Source: an uncultured virus (IMG/VR IMGVR_UViG_3300031733_000001)
Taxonomy: Duplodnaviria; Heunggongvirae; Uroviricota; Caudoviricetes
Length of the DNA stretch: 64,000 nucleotides
Strand: one strand, 5' to 3'
Virus record (IMG/VR): IMGVR_UViG_3300031733_000001
In this document: piece after piece, positions 1 to 9,700 of the stretch
Layout of the letters: every line of letters starts with the position of its first letter
Position numbering within the stretch: the stretch's first letter is position 1
Position numbers and translations under genes: made by a program
The notes under the pieces: model-generated
Database searches by the model: none
Seen by the model: only the letters and a program-made list of their open reading frames with translations
What the model was told of the DNA's origin: nothing

Positions 1-1
1 T

Positions 2-802
2 GACCTGGCCGGGTCCAACGTCATGCCCAACCAGTCCACCAAGGAGGACGAGGACACGAAGGCGCAGGAGAAGACCGCCGCCTTCCAGCCCTACGTGGAT
101 GTCACCGGCATGGAGCCACCCCCGAGGATCGAGAAGCGGGCCGGCGAGCGGTTCTGCCTGGTGAAGGAGGGCCGTGGGCAGTACCCGATCGACACCTACG
201 GGGAGGTGATGGAGGCGCAGCAGTGGTTCAACGACTACGGCGACACCCTCCACCCGGAGGACCGACGGGAGTTCTGCACCAAGCTGGCCTCCCGGGCTGA
301 CGAGATCGGCCTCTCGGTCATCGATCGGATTCGGAAGTATGCCGGCGCCAACTACGCCCCGGACGGTGAGATCAAGGTCGGTGTTTCCACCAGGATGCAG
401 TTCTGGGCGGACGACGCGCCGGAGCGGGACATGCTCCAGGGCCTGATGGACAAGTACGCCGAGATCTCTCCCGACGTTTTCTGTCAGGCGCTTCGCGAGT
501 TCGATGAGGCCACAGGCCTCGATCACTACTGGGACACCGGGATCTACGATCCCTACTACACCACCTTCGGCTTCGAGAAGACGGCCGAGTGGACCTTCGA
601 GCACATGAGCGACCGAATCACGGAAGAGCGGTTGCGTCATGTGGTCCACGCCAGCTATCCTGCGATCGTCGAGAAGTTCGGGGAGGAGCTGGCGGACTCG
701 CTGAAGAAGAACCCGACAACGATTTTCGATTCCCTCCCGCTGGATGCCAAGCGTATCATCATGCGGATGGCGAACGATCCACAACTAACCTTCCGTCACT
801 AG
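2..802 (+). CDS. hypothetical head-region protein (probably 5'-truncated by the window edge)
   Basis: Frame is open from base 2. Carries K-x-A motifs (QEKTAA, FEKTAE) shared with other head-block proteins. Confidence 0.6.
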   Translation, partial: DLAGSNVMPNQSTKEDEDTKAQEKTAAFQPYVDVTGMEPPPRIEKRAGERFCLVKEGRGQYPIDTYGEVMEAQQWFNDYGDTLHPEDRREFCTKLASRADEIGLSVIDRIRKYAGANYAPDGEIKVGVSTRMQFWADDAPERDMLQGLMDKYAEISPDVFCQALREFDEATGLDHYWDTGIYDPYYTTFGFEKTAEWTFEHMSDRITEERLRHVVHASYPAIVEKFGEELADSLKKNPTTIFDSLPLDAKRIIMRMANDPQLTFRH

Positions 803-811
803 GAGAGGATC

Positions 812-1567
812 ATGGCAAGAGAGAGCAAAGCATTTGGCAGCCAGCGCGGCCAGAAGGAGCACCTGACCAAGGGCAAGGGCGGCGTGGCCGGCGAGGTGGA
901 GGACCTCCGCAACGATGTGGAGGAGGGCTTCCAGAACTTCGAGGCCCGCATCGGTTATCCCGAGCTGGACCTGCACGACCAGTCGGTCAGCGACGTCGTG
1001 GCCGCCGGCGGTGACATCGTCCTCGTTGGCCGCGAGCTGTTGCAGGGCCAGACGTTCGACAAGATCAACATCACCGAGGGCACGGTCGACCTGCTGATCG
1101 AGATGTTGAAGCCCGGCAAGTCAAACGTCAGGGTGGTGTTCACGACTGGGGCGGGCGGTCTGGTCATCGACCTCACCAATGACCTCCTGACCATCGAGCT
1201 GCCGGCGGCGGGTCAGGACACCGTGGACAACATCGCCACGGCCATCAACGCCGACGGCGCCGATACCGAGGGCATCATCCGTGCCAGCATGGTGGCTGGC
1301 ACCGGCAACAACATCACCCAGGCAGGTCAGGGTACGGCCGAGATCCCTCTGGCTGGGGGAGACGGCGACTACGACTACAACAAGGTCATGGTCGGTGGTC
1401 TCGAGGCTCTGCCCGCCAACGAGACGGGGACGACCAGCGTGGCGAAGTGGACCAACACCTCGCTCAAGGTCACGACGCAGGCCGTGGGTGCCGCCGCCGA
1501 CCACGTGCAGATCACCGTGATGTCGGATGGGAAGAGGACGCAGGCTCTGACTGCAGTGCTCGCGTAG
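812..1567 (+). CDS. putative virion structural protein
   Basis: SD GGAG/GAGG upstream; G/T/A/V-rich beta-type composition; TVDNIATAINA resembles sheath-type insertion domains. Confidence 0.5.
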   Translation: MARESKAFGSQRGQKEHLTKGKGGVAGEVEDLRNDVEEGFQNFEARIGYPELDLHDQSVSDVVAAGGDIVLVGRELLQGQTFDKINITEGTVDLLIEMLKPGKSNVRVVFTTGAGGLVIDLTNDLLTIELPAAGQDTVDNIATAINADGADTEGIIRASMVAGTGNNITQAGQGTAEIPLAGGDGDYDYNKVMVGGLEALPANETGTTSVAKWTNTSLKVTTQAVGAAADHVQITVMSDGKRTQALTAVLA

Positions 1568-1573
1568 TAGGGT

Positions 1574-2443
1574 GTGCCCACCCATGAGGAACAGCTGCTG
1601 GCCATCCTGGAGAAGGTTGGCCAGCCGGAGGAGATCTCCGCGGAGGTCCCCTCTGTCCTGGATGCCGACGCTCCAGAGGGCCCACATCTAGAGACGTCGG
1701 GCCCGTCGGAGGACCCGAACGACATCCCGGAGGACCTGGAAGGTCCGGACCAGGTTCTTGCGCCCATCACACGCAAGAACCTGTTCGTCCACCACGACAC
1801 CCACCCAGTGATCTTCGACCTTGCCCTGCTGGCGGCCTACCAGACCGACTGGTTCGAGTGGGAGCCGGTGACGTTGTGGAAGGAGATCATGGAGGACTTC
1901 CGGGTCCCGTCCATCAGCGACCACGCCAAGGCCAAGATCCAGGCCATCAAGACCCTCCATATCAACGAGTGGTTCTTCACGAAGTGGGAGGTCTTCTGCT
2001 GGATCACCCAGGCCCTGAACAACAACCTGCCGGACTTCCAGGTGATCCAGAAGCCCTCCCTGGCCCAGCTGCTCAATGCGGTGGACATCGCCACGATGGT
2101 GCGGAAGGACGTGGAGTTCTCACTGGAGACGCAGGACTGGGTGGCTGCGGCGGTGGTGGAGGAGGGGGTGTTCTACGCTCCCAAGCCCATCGAGTTCTGC
2201 CAAGACGAGATCGTAGAGCTGCTGGGGGAGCTGCAGGTCCCCAACTTCGGTCAGGTCATCGAGGCGGTGCGAGATCGCCTCCGTGAGATCATGAGCATCT
2301 CTTCGGAGGCGTGGGCCGCATCACCGGAGCCGATCCTTCAAGAGACGCAGGTGGACATCCAGGTAGCCAAACTGAAAGTGGCATGCGATTATCTAGCTTT
2401 GCGGCGGCGGCAGTTGAAGGAACAGCTGAGGCTCCTGAAATGA
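1574..2443 (+). CDS. hypothetical protein
   Basis: 289-aa ORF, GTG start, genome-typical codon usage, translationally coupled to the next gene. Confidence 0.6.
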   Translation: MPTHEEQLLAILEKVGQPEEISAEVPSVLDADAPEGPHLETSGPSEDPNDIPEDLEGPDQVLAPITRKNLFVHHDTHPVIFDLALLAAYQTDWFEWEPVTLWKEIMEDFRVPSISDHAKAKIQAIKTLHINEWFFTKWEVFCWITQALNNNLPDFQVIQKPSLAQLLNAVDIATMVRKDVEFSLETQDWVAAAVVEEGVFYAPKPIEFCQDEIVELLGELQVPNFGQVIEAVRDRLREIMSISSEAWAASPEPILQETQVDIQVAKLKVACDYLALRRRQLKEQLRLLK

Positions 2444-3357
2444 GACACATCACCCCGCAGCACATGATCGGTTTCACCGATGAGCTAACCAAGGAAGCCG
2501 GTATCACCGACTACTTGAAGCGGGCACGTGGTTTCCTTCAGAAGAACCAACCTCTGGCTCGGGGGATCGGGTGGGCCGGCAAAGAGCTGAAGGGTCAGTA
2601 CGGGCGCCAGATGCTGTTGGGGTCTGGTCTTGGTGCGGCTGGCGGAGCAGCGGTGGCAGATCCCGACGAGGAAGGTGGGCGGCTGCGGGGTGCTCTGAAG
2701 GGGGCGCTCCTCGGCGGCGGTATCGCCGGTGGCCGCATCCTGGCGACCAAGGCAGGCCGTGAGGCAGCCAAGAAGGGCACCAGCCACTTCCTCCAGCGCC
2801 AGCGGTACGGGCTGACGGGCCGTGGTCTGGGGGACACGCCGACGGCGCAGCTGTCCAAGGCTAGGGAGATCGGACTGGTGGGCAAGGCGACGGAGGGCAT
2901 GTCCCCCAAGGCCCTCAAGCGTCTCGCCGCTGAGGAGCACGCCTTCGGCAAGGGCTACATGTCCGTGCCGGGCGTAGCCCACGCCATGATGTCCAAGGAC
3001 GCCCCAGATCTACTCCGCAGTGCATGGCAACGGAGCGGGATGTTGGGCAAGGGCTTCGCCGGCCTCGGCGCCTACCAGGGAATCAAAGGCTTCGCCGAGA
3101 AGCCGGAGGAGGGTGGTCCCGGCCGGCTCGAGAAGGGCATGCGTGGGCTGGGCAGCACGGTCGGTTGGCTGGTCGCTCCCGGCGGGTTGCTGGCTGGCCA
3201 TCTCGTGGGCGAGGGCCTCGGCAAGGTGACCGGCACGGTCGGCAAGGGCGGCGACATCGCTGCCCAGGTGATCAAGCAGCGGAGGGCACAGCAGGCTGCC
3301 CAACGTGCCCCCCAAGCCGGTGCGTACGGTCAGAATCCTTGGTCTCGTGGAGGGTAA
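2440..3357 (+). CDS. basic glycine-zipper protein with N-terminal FTDELTKEA motif (putative internal virion protein)
   Basis: ATG at 2440 overlaps the upstream TGA; several GxxxG hydrophobic stretches (GSGLGAAGGAA, GALLGGGIAGG, GGLLAGHLVG). Confidence 0.6.
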   Translation: MRHITPQHMIGFTDELTKEAGITDYLKRARGFLQKNQPLARGIGWAGKELKGQYGRQMLLGSGLGAAGGAAVADPDEEGGRLRGALKGALLGGGIAGGRILATKAGREAAKKGTSHFLQRQRYGLTGRGLGDTPTAQLSKAREIGLVGKATEGMSPKALKRLAAEEHAFGKGYMSVPGVAHAMMSKDAPDLLRSAWQRSGMLGKGFAGLGAYQGIKGFAEKPEEGGPGRLEKGMRGLGSTVGWLVAPGGLLAGHLVGEGLGKVTGTVGKGGDIAAQVIKQRRAQQAAQRAPQAGAYGQNPWSRGG

Positions 3358-3360
3358 CCC

Positions 3361-5397
3361 TTGGCACTCGGTAGCACTGGCAGCCAGACTGCTCTGAGGT
3401 TCAGCCGCACCCGCGGCCGCATGGGTGGGTCTGCCGACTATGGGCTGCAATACCCGAGCCCGTTCTTCGACATCGCCCATACGTACCTCCCTGCCACCGT
3501 GAAGATGATGTTCCGGTGGTGCCGGTACTACTTCCTAGTCAACCCGTTGATCAACGCCGTCGTCTTCAAGATGTCGGAGTATCCGGTCACCGACATCCTC
3601 TTCGACACGGAGCGCCCGGAGCTGAAGAAGATGTGGAGCGGCTTCCTCCTGGAGCAGCTCCGCTACCGTGCGTTCCAGATCGAGGTCGGGCTGGACTACC
3701 ACACCTACGGCAACGCCCTGGTGTCGGTCTTCTACCCGTTCGTGAAGTACTTGGAGTGCAACAACTGCAAGCACCGGGTGCCGGCGCGGGACGCGAAGTA
3801 CAGGTTCCAGAGCTTCAAGTTCCATACGATCTGCCCCAAGTGTGGCCACCACGGGCCGGCCAAGGCAGTTGACCACTACGTGAAGGCCCCGAAGGGGATC
3901 AGGCTCCTCCGTTGGAATCCGGAGGACGTGGACATCAGGTACAACGACCTGACCGGGGAGTACGAGTACTACTACACGATCCCCACGCGCCTGAAGAACG
4001 ACATCATCATCGGGAAGAAGTCTACCGTCGAGACCGTGCCCCAGCTCTTCATCGATGCGTTGAGGCTAAAGAAAGCGGTGGTCTTCTCCCGCGACAACAT
4101 CTACCACTTCAAGCGTCCGACGTTGGCCGGCAAGGACAGGGGGTGGGGTACCCCCATGATCCTGCCGGTGCTGAAGGACACCTTCTACCTTCAGGTCTTG
4201 AGGAAAGCCCAGGAGGCTATCGCACTGGAACACATCGTTCCCTTGCGCATTCTCTTTCCGCAGGCCGGTTCTGCCACGTCCGATCCATACACCTCGGTGA
4301 ACCTCCAAGACTGGAGGGATCAGGTTGCAGGTGAGATACGGCGTTGGCGGTCCGACAACAACTACATCCCGATCATGCCGCTGCCGGTCGGACACCAGAG
4401 CATCGGTGGTGACGGGCGGGCCCTCCTGCTGTCGCAGGAGATTCGGGTGTGGTCCGAACAGATCGTGGCCGGCATGGGTATCCCAGTGGAGCTCGTGTTC
4501 GGTGGTCTGAGCTACTCCGGTAGCAACGTGAGCCTGCGGATGTTGGAGAACACCTTCCTGGGCTATCTTCAGGACCATCTGTCGATGCTGAAGTGGGTCA
4601 TCTCTCGGACCTCTGCGTACCTGGGGTGGTCCCCTGTCAAGGCCAGGTTCAAGCCGTTCAAGATGGCGGACGACCTACAGCGGAAGGCCTACCTCTTCCA
4701 GATGAACCAGGCTGGCAAGCTCTCCGACGAATCTCTCCTGGCGGATGCGGACTACGACTCCTCCAAGGAGGACGAGATCATGAACCGGGAGGCTGCGCGC
4801 CGTGCGGAGAGCACGAAGAAGCAGCAGCTGCTCCAGGCGGAGATGCAGGGCGAGGCCCAGATGGTCCAGATGAAGTGGCAGATGAAGCTCCAGGCACAGC
4901 AGATGAAGGCTGAGGCGGCCGTGCAGAACGAGATCGCCAAGGACCAGGCTGCGTTCCAGGGAGCCCAGCAGTCACAGATGATGCAGGAGCAGATGGCTGC
5001 CCAGTCTGGGCAGCCGCCTCCGCCGCCGAACCCGGAGATGGCACCGTACCCACGCCAGCCCCAACTGATTCAGCCTCCCCCACCGGAGGTGCAGTCTCCG
5101 CTATCGATGCGCTCTGTCAATCAGATCCCCCCACATACCAGAGGGGAAGACCTGGCCGGGCGCACCAGCGTGGACCTGCTCCTGCTCGGCCGACAGATCG
5201 CCGACCGGATCTCCATGCTGGATTCTGTTCAGCGTCCGCGCGCCCTGGCCGAGCTCAGGGCGAGGCAGCCCGCGCTCTATGATGTCGTCTTGGGGCTAAT
5301 GGTGAGCGGAGGGCCCACCAGATCGGCAGCCGCAGCCGCGAGGCCTCTGCCTGAGCAGAAGCCCGCGCGGCGCGGCCCCGAGGCACAATTGATGTGA
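3361..5397 (+). CDS. portal protein with Zn-ribbon insertion and Q/P-rich tail
   Basis: Portal-like segments NPLINAVV..MSEYPV, LDYHTYGNAL, IYHFKR...GWGTPMI; 678 aa; located in the morphogenesis block; CNNC...CPKC insertion. Confidence 0.75.
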   Translation: MALGSTGSQTALRFSRTRGRMGGSADYGLQYPSPFFDIAHTYLPATVKMMFRWCRYYFLVNPLINAVVFKMSEYPVTDILFDTERPELKKMWSGFLLEQLRYRAFQIEVGLDYHTYGNALVSVFYPFVKYLECNNCKHRVPARDAKYRFQSFKFHTICPKCGHHGPAKAVDHYVKAPKGIRLLRWNPEDVDIRYNDLTGEYEYYYTIPTRLKNDIIIGKKSTVETVPQLFIDALRLKKAVVFSRDNIYHFKRPTLAGKDRGWGTPMILPVLKDTFYLQVLRKAQEAIALEHIVPLRILFPQAGSATSDPYTSVNLQDWRDQVAGEIRRWRSDNNYIPIMPLPVGHQSIGGDGRALLLSQEIRVWSEQIVAGMGIPVELVFGGLSYSGSNVSLRMLENTFLGYLQDHLSMLKWVISRTSAYLGWSPVKARFKPFKMADDLQRKAYLFQMNQAGKLSDESLLADADYDSSKEDEIMNREAARRAESTKKQQLLQAEMQGEAQMVQMKWQMKLQAQQMKAEAAVQNEIAKDQAAFQGAQQSQMMQEQMAAQSGQPPPPPNPEMAPYPRQPQLIQPPPPEVQSPLSMRSVNQIPPHTRGEDLAGRTSVDLLLLGRQIADRISMLDSVQRPRALAELRARQPALYDVVLGLMVSGGPTRSAAAAARPLPEQKPARRGPEAQLM

Positions 5398-5877
5398 TCA
5401 GCACTCCTCGGCCAACTTGGCTTCTTCCCACTCCTCCTGCCGACGAAGAGTTTCATCTTCCCCCTCCTCCAATAGTTCACGACACGCTTCTTGGAGACGT
5501 ACGTGGCTCCTAGCCATGGACCGGAAGTCACGCAGCGTGGTGTAGAACCTATGGAACGCCGCAGCTTCCCGATCTTCCCCTTCGGCCGCGATGGACGGTT
5601 TGATGTAGAGCTTCTGTTTGAGACGGAGTGCTTCTATCTCTGGATGCCAGAAGCATAGGTATTCGTTAACAGATTGAGGGTTCTTCCTCTCCCCATCGGG
5701 ATTGACGGCCACCAGCTTCAGGGATGTGTGGTCGTCCGGGTCGTGGGTGGCGAACTGCATGAGGAAGGCGTTGACCTCCTCCTGCACCTCGACGTGACAG
5801 AGCCGGTCGAAGTCGACTCGAGTGCGTAATCCGCGATGAGGGTCCGGTACAGCATTCTTCAGCGGACCCTTGTGCAT
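5398..5877 (-). CDS. hypothetical protein
   Basis: ATG at 5877 with GGAG upstream; stop abuts the portal stop. Confidence 0.5.
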   Translation of the reverse strand: MHKGPLKNAVPDPHRGLRTRVDFDRLCHVEVQEEVNAFLMQFATHDPDDHTSLKLVAVNPDGERKNPQSVNEYLCFWHPEIEALRLKQKLYIKPSIAAEGEDREAAAFHRFYTTLRDFRSMARSHVRLQEACRELLEEGEDETLRRQEEWEEAKLAEEC

Positions 5878-5888
5878 GTTGATCTCCC

Positions 5889-6371
5889 TTATACCCCAGC
5901 TAGGCTGCCTAGTAGGAGTTCTCCTTCGTCTTCGTACCCTTCGCCCAGCTCTTGCATGAGACAGGTGGGGCACACGATGGCCACGTTCCGTGGATCATCT
6001 TCGGGCACGAAGATCCCGGACTCGAAATCCGCCGATCCGATCTGCAGGCGGAATGCCCAGCGCCGCAAGGAGTGGAGGAACTCCTTGCAGCACAGATCGC
6101 AAGCGAGAGGTGAGTTGGAGCCCCACTCTCGCTGGCGGACTCGATCGATGAAGCAGTCGGCATGAAACAGGCGAATGGTAGCTTCCTCCATGGCGACTAT
6201 GTCCTGTTCGTTCGAGTGGTCGGGAACGAACTTGACAAAGGTCGGATCCTTCTTCATGGGCTCCATGCTTCCGGATTCGACCAGCACCAGCTCCCGATCG
6301 AGACCGAGCTCTTCTCCACAGAGAGCACAGATCTCGCCGGGGTCTACGTTGAAACAGCCATTCTGGTGCAT
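5889..6371 (-). CDS. double Zn-finger hypothetical protein
   Basis: GGAGG SD before ATG 6371; CALC, HADC, CDLC and CPTC pairs. Confidence 0.6.
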   Translation of the reverse strand: MHQNGCFNVDPGEICALCGEELGLDRELVLVESGSMEPMKKDPTFVKFVPDHSNEQDIVAMEEATIRLFHADCFIDRVRQREWGSNSPLACDLCCKEFLHSLRRWAFRLQIGSADFESGIFVPEDDPRNVAIVCPTCLMQELGEGYEDEGELLLGSLAGV

Positions 6372-6512
6372 GACTAACCTCCGTTGCTGGGATGTGCATA
6401 GCACTACCCCCGATCATCCGTCCTCAGAGGTCCCGCTCGATGTCTCGCAGGGCCTCGGCAGCTTCTTCACAGAAGGCAGCCACGAACGAGAGGACGAAGA
6501 TCGAAAACAGCA

Positions 6513-6647
6513 CTACCCGTCATCCCCATCATCGGAGTCGTTGGAGTCCTGGTCGTCCTGGTCGTCCGACTCTCCGTTGACCTGATCATCGATCAGGTCT
6601 TGGAACTCCTCCAGGGTAGACTCCTCCGGCTCAGTTGGATCGGACAT
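6513..6647 (-). CDS. 44-aa very acidic peptide (not in ORF track)
   Basis: AAAGGAG SD 6 nt before ATG 6647; MSDPTEPEESTLEEFQDLIDDQVNGESDDQDDQDSNDSDDGDDG; TAG at 6513-6515. Confidence 0.55.
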   Translation of the reverse strand: MSDPTEPEESTLEEFQDLIDDQVNGESDDQDDQDSNDSDDGDDG

Positions 6648-6789
6648 TCGCATCTCCTTTGTTTGGGGGAACACTTTCGTTCCCTGTTCTCATACACTGT
6701 CCTTATAACCAACACGCGGCGGTTCTTTCGTTGCCACAACACCAGTTGATCTGGTAGCTTAGGCATGACGTACATACGGAGATGGCCCA

Positions 6790-9700
6790 ATGGCGCGTCT
6801 TTCACCGGAAGAGGGTTTTGAGATCCTCAAGGACCGGGTAGGCAAGACAGTCGAAGGGCTCTTCCCGATCGTAGGGAAGAAGCAGACCCTCGAACTGAAA
6901 GATGTTCAGATCAAAGACGACCTGAGCATCGATGACATCCGGTCCCAAAAGAAAGCGAAGACCCACAGCCGCACCTGGGCTGTGCCCGTCGAGGCTCGAG
7001 TCCGCTTGAGGGATAACACGACTGGGAAGGTAGTGGACGAGCAGAAGGTTCGTCTCCTCAACCTCCCCAAGACGACCCGCCGCTACACCCAGATCGTGGA
7101 TGGCCAGGAGTATCAGATTGACAACCAGTGGCGCCTGAAGTCCGGGGTCTATGCCAGGGTCAAGGACAACGGCGAGCTGGAGTCCTCTTTCAACCTGGCC
7201 AAGGGCCGCGGCTTCAGTGTGGACTTCGATCCGAAGAGCCGCCAATTCACCATGGGCTACGGCACATCCAACATTCCCCTCCAACCCATCCTGCGGGAGA
7301 TGGGGATGCCGCAGGAGGAGATCGAGAAGAGGTGGGGCAAGCCCATCGCTGGTGCCAACGAGAAGAGCCACGAGCAGGCGGTCATGAAGTTCTACAAGGC
7401 CTCCACCGGCAAGAAGGCGGAGAGCCTGGACCAGGCACGTGAGCACCTGCACGCCACCTTCGCGGAGACCGAGCTGCGCCCGGACACCACCAAGATCACG
7501 CTGGGCAAGGGCTACAAGAAGGTCAGTGGGCCGGCCCTCATGGATGCGGCCACCAAGCTGCTGCAGGTCTCCCAGGGCAAGGCGGAACCAGATGCTCGTG
7601 ACGCGCTGATGTTCAAGGAGCTGCACGCCACCGAGGACTTCTTCTCCGAGCGGATCCAGAAGGGCTCCAGCGACATCATGCGCCGGATCCAGAACACGCT
7701 GGACAAGAAGAAGAACGTCCGCGACATCGTGGGCCCGGACATCTTCAACCGCCCGATCAGGACGATGTACACCAAGAACTCACTGGCGAACGTCCCGGAA
7801 CAGACCAACCCCTTGGAGATGATCTCAGGTCAGATGAAGACCACGATCACGGGGGAGGGCGGCATCAAGAGCGCCCACGGGATCACCGAGGACGCCAAGC
7901 TGGTGGACCCGTCCCACCTCGGATACTTGGATCCTATCCACACGCCGGAGGGCCAGACCACTGGCGTGACGTTGCGCCTACCGATCGGTGTGAGGAAGCA
8001 GGGGCATGACGTCACGATCAAGATGTACAACGTCAAGACCGGCAGGCTCGAGGATGTCAATCCCGAGAAGGCGATGAACGCCAACGTGATCTTGCCGGAT
8101 CAAGTGAGGTGGGAGAAGGGCAAGCCAGTACCGGTAGGTAAGAAGGTCCGGATGAGCACGGTGGGCAACGAGATCACAGAGGGCGCCATGAAGGATGCCC
8201 AGTACGTGATGAAAGACCCGATCCAGATGTTCTCCATGGCCTCCAACATGGTACCCTTCCTGGCTGCCGATCACCCCAACCGCAGCACGATGGCCGGTCG
8301 GCACATGGAGCAGGCCATCTCCCTGAAAGATCGACAGGCACCGCTGGTCCAGAGCCTGGCCGGGACCAAGACTTTCGACCAGGTGATGGGGAGCTATGCC
8401 GGGCATACCGCTCCCGTGGATGGGGAGGTGGTGCAGGTGAAGAAGGACTCCATCGTGGTCAAGGGCGCTGATGGCAAGAAGTACGAGCGGCAGATCTACG
8501 ATCACTTCCCACTGAATGCGGACAAGGGGTTCCTCCACTCCGAGCCTACAGTGAAGAAGGGGGACAGGGTGAAGAAGGGCCAGTCCATCGCTGACACCAA
8601 CTTCACCAAGGGTGGGACGCTGGCCCTGGGAACGAACCTGCGCGTCGGCTACATGCCCTACAAGGGCTACAACTTCGAGGATGGTGTGGTCATCAGCGAG
8701 AGCGCGGCTCAGCGCATGGCCTCGGAGCACATGCACCGGAAGACGCTGTCCCTGGACAAGGACCACATCCAGAGCAAGGCGAAGTTCCAAGCCTATGTTC
8801 CGGAAGCCATGACCAAGAACCAGGCCAGTAAGTTAGACGATGATGGGGTAGTGAAGCCGGGACAGCAGATCATGCCGGGTGACACCCTCATCGCCGCGCT
8901 CAAGAAGAGGACCGAGCGGGCGGAGGATAGGGAGCTGGCCAAGATCCACAAGTCTCTGGTCAAGCCCTTCCAGGACAGCAGTGTGAAGTGGGAGGCCGAT
9001 CATCCAGGTGTAGTCACTGAGGTGGTGAAGCGGGGCAGGCAGACGGCCGTGCACGTCAAGACGCTCGAGCCGATGGAGATCGGGGACAAGCTGGCTGGTA
9101 GACATGGGAACAAGGGCATCGTCACCAAGATCATCCCGGATGACGAGATGCCCAAGACCAAGGACGGCAAGAAGCTTGAGGTCTTGATGAACCCCACCGG
9201 TGTGCCCGGCCGGGTCAACCTGGGGCAGACTCTGGAGACGGCCGCCGGGAAGATCGCCGAGAAGACCGGCAAGCCCTACATCGTCAAGAACTTCCAGCCC
9301 AACGAGGACCTCCACGCCAAGGTGTCCGCCGACCTGAAGAAACATGGGATCAAAGACAAAGAGGAGGTGTTCGATCCCGTGTCTGGTCGGAAGTTGGGAG
9401 ATGTTCTGGTCGGTCCTCAGCATATCATCAAGCTGAAGCACCAGGTCGAGAAGAAGATGGTGGCCCGCGCTGGAGGACCCGGCTACGCCTACGACCGGAA
9501 CATGGTCCCAAAGGGTGGCGGCCCACACGGTGCTCAGGCTTTGGGCACCCTGGGTCTCTATTCCATGCTGGCCCATGGGGCTACTCACAACCTGCGGGAG
9601 ATGCAGACGCTCAAGAGTGATGCCGCCCAGAACGACGAGTTCTGGTCTGCCCTGCAGGCTGGTGAGGCTCTTCCCGCACCCAGGCCGACGTTCGCCTACA

